64,000 bases of DNA from an uncultured Burkholderiales bacterium (GCA_903935585.1 CAIZSE010000078.1:36866-100865); one strand, 5' to 3'. Counted from the stretch's first letter, positions 1 to 13,008 are shown. The notes: generated by a model not told the origin, from the letters alone. Program-made: numbers and translations.

Positions 1-126
1 GTGATTCCGCGTCAGGACTACGACTTTTTGTACGAAGCCGGTGTCAAGGGCATCTATGGCCCCGGTACACCGATCCCGGTCAGCGCCAAAGACGTGCTGG
101 AGCAAATCAAGAAGGCGATCAGGTGA
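1..126 (+). CDS. scpA: Methylmalonyl-CoA mutase, C-terminal end (partial; B12-binding domain tail)
   Basis: Frame 1 reads [41 protein letters not shown], the typical MCM C-terminus; directly upstream of meaB (GTGA overlap). Confidence 0.85.
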   Translation: MIPRQDYDFLYEAGVKGIYGPGTPIPVSAKDVLEQIKKAIR

Positions 127-1163
127 ACCCTGTGCAGTTGCTCGATGGCCTGCTGCACGGCAACGCTGCCGAGCAGCGCCGCGCCATGGCCAAAGCCATC
201 ACGCTGCTCGAATCCACCCGCTTGGACCACCGTGCACTGGCCGATGAGCTGCTCACGGGCATGCTGCCGCACACCGGAAAATCCTTTCGACTCGGCATCA
301 GTGGGGTGCCCGGTGTTGGCAAATCAACTTTCATTGAAGCGCTGGGCTTGTTCTTGATTGGCCAAGGCCACCGCGTGGCGGTGCTGGCGGTGGACCCGTC
401 GAGCACGGTGTCTGGCGGCGCCATTCTGGGTGACAAAACCCGCATGGAGTTGCTCAGCGTGCAGAGCCAAGCCTACATTCGCCCCAGCCCCAGCAGCGGC
501 ACCTTGGGTGGCGTGGCCGAAAAAACCCGTGAATCCATGCTGGTGTGTGAAGCCGCCGGCTACGACATCGTGATTGTCGAGACGGTCGGTGTGGGCCAGT
601 CCGAGACGGCTGTGGCCAACATGACCGACATGTTTGTGCTGATGCAACTGCCCAATGCGGGCGATGACCTGCAAGCCATCAAAAAAGGCGTGATGGAGTT
701 GGCCGATCTGGTCGTCATCAACAAGGCCGACATTGATGCGATCGCTGCCACCCGTGCCCAACTGCAGATCACCAGCGCCTTGCAACTGCTGGGCATGCAT
801 GGTGGCTCGGGTCACGCACATGCTGACACCACGCTGTGGCACCCCAAGGTGGTGCAGCTGAGCGCCTTGCTGAATCAGGGCGTCGACAATTTCTGGGCTG
901 CCGTCAGTGAGTTCAAGGACCTGCAAACCCGCAATGGCCGATTTGCCCTTCGCCGCCAAAATCAAGCCTTGTCGTGGATGTGGGAGCGCATCGACGCGGG
1001 CCTCAAACAAAACTTCCGAACGCAAGCGCGTGTGCAAGCACTGCTGCCCGAACTCAGCCAACAAGTCGCAGCGGGCCAACTGGCAGCCTCAACGGCCGCC
1101 CGCCAACTGCTCAGCGCCTACCCAGGGCTGAATCCCAATCTTCCTGAAGAAAAGAAAGCGTAA
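123..1163 (+). CDS. meaB: Methylmalonyl-CoA mutase-associated GTPase MeaB/ArgK
   Basis: [13 protein letters not shown]-loop, [20 protein letters not shown] motifs; adjacent to mutase. Confidence 0.95.
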   Translation: MNPVQLLDGLLHGNAAEQRRAMAKAITLLESTRLDHRALADELLTGMLPHTGKSFRLGISGVPGVGKSTFIEALGLFLIGQGHRVAVLAVDPSSTVSGGAILGDKTRMELLSVQSQAYIRPSPSSGTLGGVAEKTRESMLVCEAAGYDIVIVETVGVGQSETAVANMTDMFVLMQLPNAGDDLQAIKKGVMELADLVVINKADIDAIAATRAQLQITSALQLLGMHGGSGHAHADTTLWHPKVVQLSALLNQGVDNFWAAVSEFKDLQTRNGRFALRRQNQALSWMWERIDAGLKQNFRTQARVQALLPELSQQVAAGQLAASTAARQLLSAYPGLNPNLPEEKKA

Positions 1164-1165
1164 CC

Positions 1166-2698
<1,533 letters not shown>

Positions 2699-2718
2699 TT
2701 GCCAAGGAGAAGAACAAG

Positions 2719-4767
2719 ATGTTTACCAAAATCCTGATCGCCAACCGTGGCGAAATCGCTTGCCGCGTGATCGCAACCGCCCAAAAAATGGGCATCAAAA
2801 CCGTGGCCGTTTACTCGGAAGCCGACAAGGAAGCACGGCACGTGTTGCTGGCCGACGAGGCTGTGCTGATTGGGCCTGCCGCTTCGCGCGAGTCGTACTT
2901 GGTCGCTGACAAGATCATTGCCGCAGCCAAGGCCACGGGCGCGCAAGCGATTCACCCCGGTTATGGTTTTTTGAGCGAGAACGCCGAGTTCTCCAAGCGC
3001 TGCGAAGACGAAGGCATTGCCTTCATTGGCCCGCGCCACTTCTCGATTGCCGCCATGGGCGACAAGATCGAATCCAAAAAGCTGGCGGGCGCTGCCGGTG
3101 TGAACTGCATTCCCGGTGTCAACGACGCCATTGAAACCGCAGAAAAAGCCGTCGAAATTGCCAAGGGCATTGGCTACCCCGTGATGATCAAGGCATCGGC
3201 CGGTGGCGGTGGCAAGGGCCTGCGCGTGGCCATCAATGACAAGGAGGCCTTTGAAGGCTTCACTTCTTGCCGCAACGAAGCGCGCAACAGTTTTGGCGAT
3301 GACCGCGTGTTCATTGAAAAGTTCGTCGAAGAACCCCGCCACATCGAAATCCAGGTGCTGGGCGACAGCCATGGCAATGTGGTCTATTTGAACGAGCGCG
3401 AATGCTCGATCCAGCGCCGCCATCAAAAGGTGATCGAAGAGGCGCCATCGCCTTTCATCTCCGAAGCCACCCGCAAAGCCATGGGCGAGCAGGCCGTTCA
3501 ATTGGCCAAGGCCGTGAAATACCAATCGGCCGGTACGGTGGAGTTTGTGGTCGGCAAAGACCAGAGCTTTTACTTCCTGGAGATGAACACCCGCTTGCAG
3601 GTGGAGCACCCGGTCACCGAAGCCATCACGGGCCTCGATTTGGTCGAGATGATGATCCGTGTGGCCGCTGGCGAGAAATTGCCGATCGAACAAAAAGACG
3701 TTCAGCGCAATGGCTGGGCGATCGAGTGCCGAATCAATGCAGAAGACCCGTTCCGCAGCTTTTTGCCATCCACCGGCCGCTTGGTCCGCTTTCAGCCGCC
3801 CAAGCAAACCATGTTCCAGGGCAACACCGCTGACCTGTATGGCGTGCGTGTCGATACGGGCGTGCAGGATGGCGGTGAAATTCCGATGTTCTATGACTCG
3901 ATGATCGCCAAATTGATCGTGCACGGCAAAGACCGCAACGATGCGATTGCCAAGATGCGCGAAGCTCTGAACGGCTTTGTGATTCGGGGCATCAGCTCCA
4001 ACATCCCGTTCCAGGCCGCTTTGTTGGCGCACCCCCGCTTTGTATCGGGTGACTTCAACACAGGTTTCATTGCCGAGCAATACAGCAAGGGTTTCCGTGC
4101 AGAAGACGTGCCGCATGACGACCATGACTTCCTGGCTGCACTGGCTGCTTTTGTGCGCCGCAAGTCACGCCAGCGTGCCGCCAACCTGAGCGGTCAGTTG
4201 CCGGGCTACGACGTCAAAATCGGCCAAGACTACGCGGTGGTCGAGCTGGGGCAGGGCGGTCAAAACCGTTATGTGTCAGTGCATGTGGACGAGTTCACCG
4301 GCAAGCCCGGTGTCGCGCAAATCACGGTCAACGGCAAAACCTACGTGATTGAAAGCAACTCCCGCTTGAACGACATCCGCATTGAAGGCATTTGCAACGG
4401 CAAGCATTTCACGGCACAGACAGAGCGCGGCACCGTGAAGAACCCGCTGGCGTTGCAGGTACAGCACAACGGAACCCGCATTGAAGCGCTGGTGATGTCC
4501 CCCCGCATGGCGGACTTGCACAAACTCATGCCGTACAAGGCCCCACCGGACCTGAGCCGTTATGTGCTCTCGCCCATGCCCGGTTTGCTGGTCGAAGTGT
4601 CGGTGCAGGTGGGGCAAAAAGTGCAGGCCGGTGAGCGTGTGGCCGTGATCGAAGCCATGAAGATGGAAAACGTCCTGTTTGCAACGCAAGACGGTGTGGT
4701 CAAAAATGTGGTCGCCGCCAAGGGCGAATCGCTCACCGTTGACCAGTTGATTGTGGAGTTCGAATAA
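2719..4767 (+). CDS. pccA: Propionyl-CoA carboxylase alpha subunit (biotin carboxylase + biotin carrier)
   Basis: MFTKILIANRGEIACR start (AGGAGA RBS), HPGYGFLSEN, EMNTRLQVEHPVTE, EAMKMEN biotin site. Confidence 0.95.
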   Translation: MFTKILIANRGEIACRVIATAQKMGIKTVAVYSEADKEARHVLLADEAVLIGPAASRESYLVADKIIAAAKATGAQAIHPGYGFLSENAEFSKRCEDEGIAFIGPRHFSIAAMGDKIESKKLAGAAGVNCIPGVNDAIETAEKAVEIAKGIGYPVMIKASAGGGGKGLRVAINDKEAFEGFTSCRNEARNSFGDDRVFIEKFVEEPRHIEIQVLGDSHGNVVYLNERECSIQRRHQKVIEEAPSPFISEATRKAMGEQAVQLAKAVKYQSAGTVEFVVGKDQSFYFLEMNTRLQVEHPVTEAITGLDLVEMMIRVAAGEKLPIEQKDVQRNGWAIECRINAEDPFRSFLPSTGRLVRFQPPKQTMFQGNTADLYGVRVDTGVQDGGEIPMFYDSMIAKLIVHGKDRNDAIAKMREALNGFVIRGISSNIPFQAALLAHPRFVSGDFNTGFIAEQYSKGFRAEDVPHDDHDFLAALAAFVRRKSRQRAANLSGQLPGYDVKIGQDYAVVELGQGGQNRYVSVHVDEFTGKPGVAQITVNGKTYVIESNSRLNDIRIEGICNGKHFTAQTERGTVKNPLALQVQHNGTRIEALVMSPRMADLHKLMPYKAPPDLSRYVLSPMPGLLVEVSVQVGQKVQAGERVAVIEAMKMENVLFATQDGVVKNVVAAKGESLTVDQLIVEFE

Positions 4768-5244
4768 ATGACACGTCCCTTCAAGGTTTTGGGTGTTCAG
4801 CAAATCGCCATTGGTGGTCCTGACAAGGGCCGTCTGCAAAAGCTCTGGGTCGACATGTTCGGCCTGGAAGTGACCGGCACCTACAAGAGTGAGCGCGAAA
4901 ATGTGGACGAAGACATTTGCGCCATCGGCAGCGGCCCGTTCAAGGTCGAAGTCGATCTGATGCAACCGCTGGACCCAGAAAAAAAGCCCGCCGTGCACAC
5001 CACGCCACTGAACCACATCGGTTTGTGGATCGATGATTTGCCTGTGGCCGTGGAATGGCTCACAGCCCAAGGCGTGCGCTTTGCACCGGGAGGCATTCGC
5101 AAGGGTGCCGCCGGTTTTGACATCACGTTTTTACACCCCAAAGCGAACGAGGAGTTTCCGATTGGCGGAGAGGGCGTGCTGATTGAGTTGGTGCAAGCGC
5201 CGCCTGAAGTGGTCAGTGCTTTCGAAAAGCTGGCCAACGCCTGA
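4768..5244 (+). CDS. VOC/glyoxalase-family protein (methylmalonyl-CoA epimerase-like)
   Basis: [30 protein letters not shown] pattern; sits in the propionyl-CoA operon. Confidence 0.75.
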   Translation: MTRPFKVLGVQQIAIGGPDKGRLQKLWVDMFGLEVTGTYKSERENVDEDICAIGSGPFKVEVDLMQPLDPEKKPAVHTTPLNHIGLWIDDLPVAVEWLTAQGVRFAPGGIRKGAAGFDITFLHPKANEEFPIGGEGVLIELVQAPPEVVSAFEKLANA

Positions 5245-5246
5245 TT

Positions 5247-5945
5247 TCAGGCCGATCCCTTGCGTGCCTTGGCTTTGGCCAGCGCGGCTTCGAGGATTGC
5301 GCGCTTGCGATCGATTTCGGTTTGGGCGCCTGGCCCTGGAACGATCTTGGTGTGGGTGGGCAGATCTGCCAGTTTCATTTCGACCTGGGCCTGCTGGTGT
5401 GCGTTGTGCGCCTGCAGCTCAGTTTGCATGCGCGATTTGCGATCTTGGTAGCGCTGGCGGGATGTTTCGGCTTCTGCCGGTGACCAAGCCGCCCAGCCCG
5501 TGCGTTCGCCGGTCACGTTTTCCAGGGAAATGCAGTCTACCGGGCATACCGGGAGGCACAGTTCGCAACCTGTGCACCAGGGCTCGATCACGGTGTGCAT
5601 CAGCTTGTTGGCACCTAAAATCGCGTCGGTCGGGCAGGCCTTGATGCACAGCGTGCAACCGATGCACCAAGCCTCGTCGATGATGGCCATCCGACGCGGG
5701 CCTTCGGTGCCGTGTTCTGAATTGAGGGGGATCACCGGTTGACCCGTCAGCGCTGCAAGCCGCTCAATGCCCGTTTGGCCGCCGGGGGGGCATTGGTTAA
5801 TGGGGGCTTGCCCTTCGGCCATCGCGAGGGCGTAACTGGCGCAGTCGGGGAAGCCGCAACGCGTGCACTGCGTCTGAGGCAGTGCGTCGTTGAGCAATAG
5901 AAAAAGCGCCCGGGTTTCAGGCGCTGATCTTGTCGAAGCGGGCAT
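5247..5945 (-). CDS. rsxB: RnfB/RsxB-like electron-transport Fe-S protein
   Basis: LPQTQCTRCGFPDC...NQCPPGG plus two CxxCxxCxxxCP ferredoxin motifs. Confidence 0.85.
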   Translation of the reverse strand: MPASTRSAPETRALFLLLNDALPQTQCTRCGFPDCASYALAMAEGQAPINQCPPGGQTGIERLAALTGQPVIPLNSEHGTEGPRRMAIIDEAWCIGCTLCIKACPTDAILGANKLMHTVIEPWCTGCELCLPVCPVDCISLENVTGERTGWAAWSPAEAETSRQRYQDRKSRMQTELQAHNAHQQAQVEMKLADLPTHTKIVPGPGAQTEIDRKRAILEAALAKAKARKGSA

Positions 5946-5950
5946 GAACC

Positions 5951-7459
5951 TCAGGCTTTTTTCTTCGGCTCAACCCAGGTGGTCTTGACCGAGGCCTTGG
6001 GCTTGCTCACCGCTGTGACCTTGCTGGTTGCCTTTGCAGGGACTTTGACCACAACCGCTTTGGCAGTTGGCTTTTTGCTGGCCTTGGCCGCTGGAGTGCT
6101 TGCTGCTTGCGCTGATTTGGCGGTCTTCAAGGCCACAGACTTGGGGGCTGCAACCGGTGTCAACTTGACAATCGAGGCTGTTTTGCGTGAGGGCTGGGCT
6201 GCATGGCTCTTGATGAACTTGACCAGTTGGGGGTACACAATTTCTCGCCAGCGGCGGCCGCTGAAGATGCCGTAGTGGCCAGCGCCTTCCACTTCCAAGT
6301 GTTGGCGTTCGCTGGCCAGCACGCCGCTGCACAAGCCTTGGGCCGCACGTGTCTGGCCAGAGCCTGAGATGTCGTCCAGCTCACCTTCGACGGTCAGCAA
6401 GGCGGTGTGCTTGATGTCTTGAGGGCGCACACGCTCCACGCGGCCATCCACACCCTTGACGTCCCAGGTTCCGTTGACCAGCTTGAAGTCCTGGAACACG
6501 GTCTGGATGGTTTCCAGGTAGTAATCAGCGTCCATGTCGAGCACGGCGTTGTACTCATCGTAGAACTTGCGGTGGGCTTCGATGCTGGCGTCGTCACCCT
6601 TGATCAGGTCTTTGAAGTAGTCGTAATGGCTGGTGGCGTGGCGGTCGGGGTTCATGGCCACAAAGCCGGTGTACTGCAAGAAACCAGGGTAGACGCGACG
6701 CCCTGCACCCGGAAAATTGGCCGGTACCCGGTAGATCACATTGTTTTCAAACCAGGAAAAGCTTTTGTTGGTGGCCAGGTTGTTCACCGAGGTGGGCGAT
6801 TTGCGCGCATCGATCGGACCACCCATCATGGTCATGGTCAGCGGGGTCTTTTCGCCACGGCTGGCCATCAGGGACACCGCAGCCAGGACGGGCACGGTGG
6901 GCTGGCAAACACTCACCACATGGCATTGGCCATAAGTGGCCTGCAGGTGGCGGATGAATTCCTGCACGTAGTTGATGTAGTCATCCAGGTGAAATTCACC
7001 TTCAGACAGAGGCACCAGGCGGGCATTTTTCCAGTCGGTGATGTACACCTTGTGGTCGAGCAGCATGGTTTTGACGGTATCGCGCAACAAGGTGGCGTAG
7101 TGACCAGACAGGGGCGCAACGATGAGCACGGCAGGCTGGGCCTTGAGCTGGGTCAGGGTGGCCGAGTCGTCTGAAAAGCGCTTGAAGCGGCGCAGCTCGC
7201 AAAAGGGCTTGTCGATCTCGATGCGCTCGTGAATCGCCACGTCGGTTTTGTTGATCTTGACGGTCCGAATGCCGAACTCGGGTTTGACATAGTCTTTGCC
7301 CAGGCGGTGCATCAGGGCGTACCCGGCGGATACACGTTGCGCCAAAGGCGTTTGTGCCACGGGGTTCATGGGGTTGCTGTACAGCTTGGCCGCAGCCTGT
7401 GCCAGATCGGAAAAAGGTTCCATGATCGAGCGTTGTGTTTCGAAGATCTGGTAAAGCAT
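5951..7459 (-). CDS. phaZ: Intracellular polyhydroxyalkanoate depolymerase with Lys/Ala-rich C-terminal tail
   Basis: APLSGHYATLLR, SVCQP, EGELDDISG, AGHYGIFSG motifs of intracellular PHB depolymerases. Confidence 0.9.
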   Translation of the reverse strand: MLYQIFETQRSIMEPFSDLAQAAAKLYSNPMNPVAQTPLAQRVSAGYALMHRLGKDYVKPEFGIRTVKINKTDVAIHERIEIDKPFCELRRFKRFSDDSATLTQLKAQPAVLIVAPLSGHYATLLRDTVKTMLLDHKVYITDWKNARLVPLSEGEFHLDDYINYVQEFIRHLQATYGQCHVVSVCQPTVPVLAAVSLMASRGEKTPLTMTMMGGPIDARKSPTSVNNLATNKSFSWFENNVIYRVPANFPGAGRRVYPGFLQYTGFVAMNPDRHATSHYDYFKDLIKGDDASIEAHRKFYDEYNAVLDMDADYYLETIQTVFQDFKLVNGTWDVKGVDGRVERVRPQDIKHTALLTVEGELDDISGSGQTRAAQGLCSGVLASERQHLEVEGAGHYGIFSGRRWREIVYPQLVKFIKSHAAQPSRKTASIVKLTPVAAPKSVALKTAKSAQAASTPAAKASKKPTAKAVVVKVPAKATSKVTAVSKPKASVKTTWVEPKKKA

Positions 7460-7568
7460 GTGGCAGTTTCCGTGGGGAGCAATATGGTGCGGTGCAGCAA
7501 TACTACAGGACTCAAGTGATTATTTATGGAGTACCAACCCTAATCGGCAGTCACATTCCGGACCGACC

Positions 7569-7597
7569 AAAAAAAAACCGCCCCTTTTGGGGCGGCT
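7569..7597 (-). terminator. Rho-independent terminator downstream of the aminotransferase
   Basis: Minus strand reads GCCGCCCC-AAAA-GGGGCGGT followed by a T run. Confidence 0.8.
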
Positions 7598-7618
7598 GAA
7601 AGCTTGATGTCAGTCAAG

Positions 7619-8815
7619 TTAAACCACTTTGGCAATCGAGGCGCAGACGTAGTCGATATTTTTGCTGTTCAGCGCAGCCACGCACATGCGGCCTGTGTCT
7701 GTGCCATACACACCGAATTCGTTGCGCAGACGCACCATCTGCTCTTTGGAGAGGCCCGAATAGCTGAACATGCCGATTTGGCTGGTGATGAAACCCATGT
7801 CCTGCGTCACGCCTGCGGCTTTGAGACCATCAACCAGCTTTTGGCGCATGGCCTTGATGCGAACTCGCATCTCGCCCAGTTCTTTTTCCCAAAGTGCACG
7901 CAATTCGGGGTTGGTCAGCACGGCGGCGACCACTGCGCCACCGTGGATGGGCGGGTTGGAGTAGTTGGTGCGAATCGCAATTTTGAGCTGCGACAGCACG
8001 CGGGAGGCTTCTTCCTTGTCAGAGGCGACCACCGACAGGGCGCCCACGCGCTCGCCATAAAGGCTAAAGCTCTTGGAAAAGGAGGTAGAGACAAAAATGT
8101 TCAGCCCCGCAGCCACAAATTTGCCGATCACGGCGCCGTCTTCGGCAATGCCGTGCCCGAAGCCCTGGTAGGCCATGTCCAGAAAAGGGGTCAGGCTACG
8201 GGCCTTGACCACGGCAATCACCTGGTCCCACTGCGCATCGGTGATGTCGTAGCCGGTCGGGTTGTGGCAGCAGGCGTGCAGCACGACGATGGTGCCTGGG
8301 GCTGCGGCATTCAGGCTGGCCAGCATGCCTTCGAAGTTAACGCCGCGCTTGGCGGCATCGTAATAAGCATAGGTGTCCACTTTGAAACCGGCATTCATGA
8401 AAATGGCGCGGTGGTTTTCCCAGCTTGGGTCAGAAATCAGGACCGTGGCGTTGGGGCTGATTTTTTTCAGGAAGTCGGCGCCAACCTTCAGGCCGCCGGT
8501 ACCGCCAATGGCCTGCACGGTGGACACGCGGCCGGACTTGACCACATCGGATTCGGCACCAAACACCAGCGCCTTGACAGCGTTGTCATAAGCCACGATG
8601 CCGTCGATCGGCAGGTAGCCACGCGCTGTTGGGCTGGCCATCATGGCTTTTTCTGCGGTTTGCACGCATTCCAGCAAAGGCAGTTTGCCGTTGTCGTCGT
8701 AGTAAACGCCCACGCCCAGATTCACTTTTTTGGGGTTGGTGTCGGCATTGAACTGTTCGTTCAGGCCCAAAATCGGATCGCGCGGGGCCATTTCGACGGC
8801 GGAAAACAGAGACAT
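7619..8815 (-). CDS. tyrB: Aromatic/aspartate aminotransferase (class I, PLP)
   Basis: NLGVGVY, HACCHNPTG, DMAYQGF, SFSKSFSLYGERVG PLP-lysine motif; tyrB versus aspC not separable by eye. Confidence 0.85.
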   Translation of the reverse strand: MSLFSAVEMAPRDPILGLNEQFNADTNPKKVNLGVGVYYDDNGKLPLLECVQTAEKAMMASPTARGYLPIDGIVAYDNAVKALVFGAESDVVKSGRVSTVQAIGGTGGLKVGADFLKKISPNATVLISDPSWENHRAIFMNAGFKVDTYAYYDAAKRGVNFEGMLASLNAAAPGTIVVLHACCHNPTGYDITDAQWDQVIAVVKARSLTPFLDMAYQGFGHGIAEDGAVIGKFVAAGLNIFVSTSFSKSFSLYGERVGALSVVASDKEEASRVLSQLKIAIRTNYSNPPIHGGAVVAAVLTNPELRALWEKELGEMRVRIKAMRQKLVDGLKAAGVTQDMGFITSQIGMFSYSGLSKEQMVRLRNEFGVYGTDTGRMCVAALNSKNIDYVCASIAKVV

Positions 8816-8932
8816 GGAAAGTCCTCGGATTGTTCATGGGTGGCAGGAATCCCGATCCTCGGTTAGGCTTTCGGGTTGTCCCTGATTTTAACGGTCTGCC
8901 CGCCGGGTTTGACCAGAGGTTGTTTACCCAAG

Positions 8933-11059
8933 ATGTCCAATGTGTCCAAAGTCTCAGTTGTTGAATCTGTATCTGAAGCTGATCCCTATGCCGAGGGGCA
9001 GTTTTTAAGCTACCCCGATTCGCCATTCGAGCTGTTTCAGCCCTACCCGCCAGCCGGCGACCAACCGGCGGCCATCGATCAACTGGTGGAAGGCGTTCAC
9101 GACGGCGAGGTGTTTCAAACCCTGTTGGGTGTGACTGGATCGGGCAAGACATTCACCATGGCCAATGTGATTGCCCGTCTGGGGCGCCCCGCCATTGTTT
9201 TTGCGCCCAACAAGACGCTTGCCGCCCAGCTGTACAGCGAATTTCGGGAGTTTTTCCCCAAGAATGCGGTCGAGTATTTCGTCAGTTACTACGACTATTA
9301 CCAGCCTGAGGCCTATGTGCCCCAGCGCGATCTGTTCATTGAAAAGGACAGCGCGATCAACGAGCACATTGAACAGATGCGCTTGAGTTGCACCAAAAGC
9401 ATCATGGAGCGGCGTGACGTGGTCATCGTGGCCACGGTGTCGGCCATTTACGGTATTGGCGAGCCCGAAAGTTACCACCGCATGATCATGACCCTGCGCA
9501 CCGGCGACAAGCTGGGCCAGCGCGACGTGATCACGCAGCTGATCCGGATGCAGTACCAGCGCAACGACACGGAGTTCAGCCGGGGCAAATTCCGGGTGCG
9601 GGGTGACACGATCGATGTTTTCCCTGCTGAGCATTCAGAGCTGGCCATCCGCATTGAATTGTTTGACGACGAAATCGAGAGCCTGCAACTGTTCGACCCA
9701 CTCACCGGGCGCATCCGCCAGAAGATCCCTCGCTTTACGGTCTACCCCTCCAGCCATTACGTCACCCCGCGAGACAAGGTGCTGGCTGCGGTTGAAACCA
9801 TCAAGGTGGAACTGGCCCAGCGCCTGAAAGAGCTGGTGGGCATGGGCAAGCTGGTGGAGGCGCAGCGCCTGGAGCAGCGCACGCGGTTTGATTTGGAAAT
9901 GCTCTCCGAAGTGGGTCACTGCAAGGGCATTGAAAACTACACCCGGCATTTGTCGGGCGCAGCTCCTGGCGATCCGCCCAGCACGCTGACCGATTACATG
10001 CCATCTGACGCCATCATGTTTCTGGACGAGAGCCACCAGATGATTGGCCAGCTCAACGCCATGTACAACGGCGACAAGGCGCGCAAAACCACGCTGGTGG
10101 AGTACGGCTTCAGGCTGCCCAGCGCGCTCGACAACCGCCCGCTCAAATTTGAAGAGTTTGAAAAGCGCATGCGCCAGTGCATTTTTGTGTCTGCCACGCC
10201 CGCCGATTACGAAAAGACCCATGCCGGCAAGGTTGTCGAACAGGTGGTGCGCCCCACGGGGCTGGTCGACCCGCAGGTTGAGGTGCGTCCGGCCACGCAC
10301 CAGGTGGACGATGTGCTGCAGGAAATCCGCATCCGCGCCGAAAAGCACGAGCGTGTGCTGATCACCACCCTGACCAAGCGCATGGCCGAACAGTTGACCG
10401 ATTACCTGAGTGACAACGGCGTCAAGGTTCGCTATTTGCACAGCGACATCGACACGGTCGAGCGGGTTGAAATATTGCGCGATCTGCGCTTGGGCGCTTT
10501 CGATGTGCTGGTGGGCATCAACTTGTTGCGCGAGGGACTGGATATTCCCGAAGTCTCGCTGGTGGCGATTCTGGATGCCGACAAAGAGGGGTTTTTGCGC
10601 GCCGAGCGCAGCCTGATCCAGACCATCGGCCGGGCGGCGCGGAACATCAATGGCCGCGCCATTTTGTACGCCGATCGCATCACCGAGTCGATGAAAAAAG
10701 CCATGGGCGAGACCGAGCGTCGCCGCCTCAAGCAAATCGAGCACAACAAGTTACACGGCATCACGCCGAAAAGCATCGTCAAAAAGGTGAAAGACCTCAT
10801 TGACGGCGTTTACAGCGAAAAGTCTGGCAAAGAGGCCGAACGCCTGGAGCAGGCAGCGCTGCAAAAAGCCAAGATAGAGGACATGAGCGAAAAAGACATC
10901 GCCAGGGCCATCAAGCAACTTGAAAAGCAAATGATGGAGCACGCCCGCAATCTGGAGTTTGAAAAAGCCGCTCAGGTGCGCGACCAACTTGGTATCCTGA
11001 AAGAGCAGGCTTTTGGTGCCGATGGGGGCGACAACATCGTGCCCTTGATTCGGGCCTGA
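8933..11059 (+). CDS. uvrB: Excinuclease ABC subunit B
   Basis: [46 protein letters not shown] and C-terminal UVR domain; start placed at ATG 8933. Confidence 0.97.
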   Translation: MSNVSKVSVVESVSEADPYAEGQFLSYPDSPFELFQPYPPAGDQPAAIDQLVEGVHDGEVFQTLLGVTGSGKTFTMANVIARLGRPAIVFAPNKTLAAQLYSEFREFFPKNAVEYFVSYYDYYQPEAYVPQRDLFIEKDSAINEHIEQMRLSCTKSIMERRDVVIVATVSAIYGIGEPESYHRMIMTLRTGDKLGQRDVITQLIRMQYQRNDTEFSRGKFRVRGDTIDVFPAEHSELAIRIELFDDEIESLQLFDPLTGRIRQKIPRFTVYPSSHYVTPRDKVLAAVETIKVELAQRLKELVGMGKLVEAQRLEQRTRFDLEMLSEVGHCKGIENYTRHLSGAAPGDPPSTLTDYMPSDAIMFLDESHQMIGQLNAMYNGDKARKTTLVEYGFRLPSALDNRPLKFEEFEKRMRQCIFVSATPADYEKTHAGKVVEQVVRPTGLVDPQVEVRPATHQVDDVLQEIRIRAEKHERVLITTLTKRMAEQLTDYLSDNGVKVRYLHSDIDTVERVEILRDLRLGAFDVLVGINLLREGLDIPEVSLVAILDADKEGFLRAERSLIQTIGRAARNINGRAILYADRITESMKKAMGETERRRLKQIEHNKLHGITPKSIVKKVKDLIDGVYSEKSGKEAERLEQAALQKAKIEDMSEKDIARAIKQLEKQMMEHARNLEFEKAAQVRDQLGILKEQAFGADGGDNIVPLIRA

Positions 11060-11068
11060 ATAACCCCT

Positions 11069-11123
11069 TTACTTGACTGTTTTAATCGGGATTGATCTAT
11101 ACTTGACTTGTTTAGTCGGGAAC
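11069..11123 (+). promoter_or_regulatory. Two tandem type-1 IscR operator sites (isc promoter)
   Basis: TTACTTGACTGTTTTAATCGGGATT (11069-11093) and ATACTTGACTTGTTTAGTCGGGAAC (11099-11123) resemble the E. coli type-1 consensus ATASYYGACTRWWWYAGTCRRSTAT; directly upstream of iscR. Confidence 0.8.
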
Positions 11124-11172
11124 CTGCTCAGGCAGGTGAACGATCAAGTTTCATCTACTTCAGGAGTCTGCC

Positions 11173-11709
11173 ATGCGTTTAACCACCAAAGGCCGTTTCG
11201 CCGTCACCGCCATGATCGATTTGGCTTTACGCCAGGATGCGGGCCCAGTGACATTGGCCGCCATCAGCCAGCGCCAACAGATTTCACTGTCTTACCTCGA
11301 GCAGCTCTTTGGCAAGCTTCGTCGCCACAATCTGGTCGAGTCCACCCGAGGCCCTGGCGGTGGCTACACCTTGGGCCGCAAATCCACCGAGATCACCGTG
11401 GCCGACATCATCTTGTCGGTGGACGAACCCATCGATGCCACCCATTGCGGCGGCAAGGAAAACTGCCATGGCGGCGAAGGTCGTTGCATGACACATGACC
11501 TGTGGGCTTCGCTGAATTCCAAAATGGTCGAATTTCTTGACTCGGTGTCGCTGCAAAAGCTGGTGGATGACCAACTGGCCAAAGGCTTGGTGGTCGAGCA
11601 AAAGCCCAGCTTGCGCCGCGCCATCTCCCCCATGCCGATCAGCAAGCCCATACGCCTGACAGGCCCCAATTCAGTGTTTGACCTGGGCAACGTGTTTGCC
11701 AAATCCTGA
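11173..11709 (+). CDS. iscR: Fe-S cluster assembly regulator IscR (Rrf2)
   Basis: MRLTTKGRFAVTAMIDLA, SYLEQLF, RGPGGGY, three Cys plus THDLW. Confidence 0.96.
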   Translation: MRLTTKGRFAVTAMIDLALRQDAGPVTLAAISQRQQISLSYLEQLFGKLRRHNLVESTRGPGGGYTLGRKSTEITVADIILSVDEPIDATHCGGKENCHGGEGRCMTHDLWASLNSKMVEFLDSVSLQKLVDDQLAKGLVVEQKPSLRRAISPMPISKPIRLTGPNSVFDLGNVFAKS

Positions 11710-11728
11710 TTGAAAAGCAGTACCCACC

Positions 11729-12946
11729 ATGACCACGCCTCACTTTCCCATTTATCTTGATTACGGCGCCACCAACCCCTGCGACCCTCGGGTGGTAGAC
11801 GCCATCGTTCCTTGGTTGCGTGAACACTTTGGCAACCCCGCATCGCGCACCCACGCCTGGGGCTGGGAAGCCGAAGCAGCCGTCGAAAAAGCCCGTGAAA
11901 ACGTGGCCGAACTGATCGGTGCCGATCCCCGTGAAATTGTCTGGACCAGCGGTGCCACCGAGTCCAACAATTTGGCCATCAAAGGCGCAGCGCATTTTTA
12001 CAAGTCGCGTGGCAAACACCTGATCACCGTCAAGACCGAGCACAAGGCTGTTCTCGACACCATGCGTGAGCTGGAGCGCCAAGGCTTTGAAGTCACCTAC
12101 ATGGACGTGCAGGCCGATGGTCTGCTCAACATGGACGCGCTCAAGGCGGCGATTCGCCCGGACACCATTTTGATCAGCGTGATGTTCGTCAACAACGAAA
12201 TCGGTGTGATCCAGGATGTGACCGCGATTGGCAATCTGTGCCGTGAGAAAGGCATCATCTTTCACGTCGATGCCGCGCAAGCCACGGGCAAGATCGAGAT
12301 CGACATGACCCAGTTGCCCATCGATCTGATGAGCCTGGCCTCGCACAAAACCTACGGCCCCAAAGGCATTGGCGCGCTGTATGTGCGCCGCAAGCCCCGT
12401 GTGCGCCTGGAAGCGCAAATGCACGGTGGTGGCCATGAGCGCGGCATGCGCTCGGGCACCTTGCCCACACACCAGTGCGTGGGCATGGGCGAGGCCTTCC
12501 GCATTGCCAAGCTGGAAATGGCCCAGGACAACGCCAAGGCCCGCGCCTTGCACGACCGACTGATCAACGGCCTCAGCGACATGGAGCAGGTGTTTTTGAA
12601 CGGTCACGCCACCCAGCGTGTGCCGCACAACGTCAACATGAGTTTCAATTTTGTTGAAGGCGAATCGCTGATCATGGGCATCAAGGGCCTGGCGGTGTCG
12701 TCGGGTTCGGCCTGTACCTCGGCCAGCCTCGAGCCAAGCTATGTGCTGCGCGCCTTGGGCCGCAGCGATGAGTTGGCACACAGCAGCTTGCGCATGACGA
12801 TTGGCCGATGGACTTCCGAAGAAGACATCGACTATGCGATCAAAACCATCCGCGAGAACGTAGCCAAACTGCGCGAGCTGAGCCCTTTGTGGGAAATGCA
12901 CCAAGACGGCATCGATTTGAGCACTATTCAGTGGGCAGCCCATTGA
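11729..12946 (+). CDS. iscS: Cysteine desulfurase IscS
   Basis: [36 protein letters not shown]. Confidence 0.97.
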   Translation: MTTPHFPIYLDYGATNPCDPRVVDAIVPWLREHFGNPASRTHAWGWEAEAAVEKARENVAELIGADPREIVWTSGATESNNLAIKGAAHFYKSRGKHLITVKTEHKAVLDTMRELERQGFEVTYMDVQADGLLNMDALKAAIRPDTILISVMFVNNEIGVIQDVTAIGNLCREKGIIFHVDAAQATGKIEIDMTQLPIDLMSLASHKTYGPKGIGALYVRRKPRVRLEAQMHGGGHERGMRSGTLPTHQCVGMGEAFRIAKLEMAQDNAKARALHDRLINGLSDMEQVFLNGHATQRVPHNVNMSFNFVEGESLIMGIKGLAVSSGSACTSASLEPSYVLRALGRSDELAHSSLRMTIGRWTSEEDIDYAIKTIRENVAKLRELSPLWEMHQDGIDLSTIQWAAH

Positions 12947-13008
12947 ATGGACGAATTTGCGGGACAGATTTTTGACGCTGTTCCCATCTGACTTAAGGAG
13001 AAAACACC

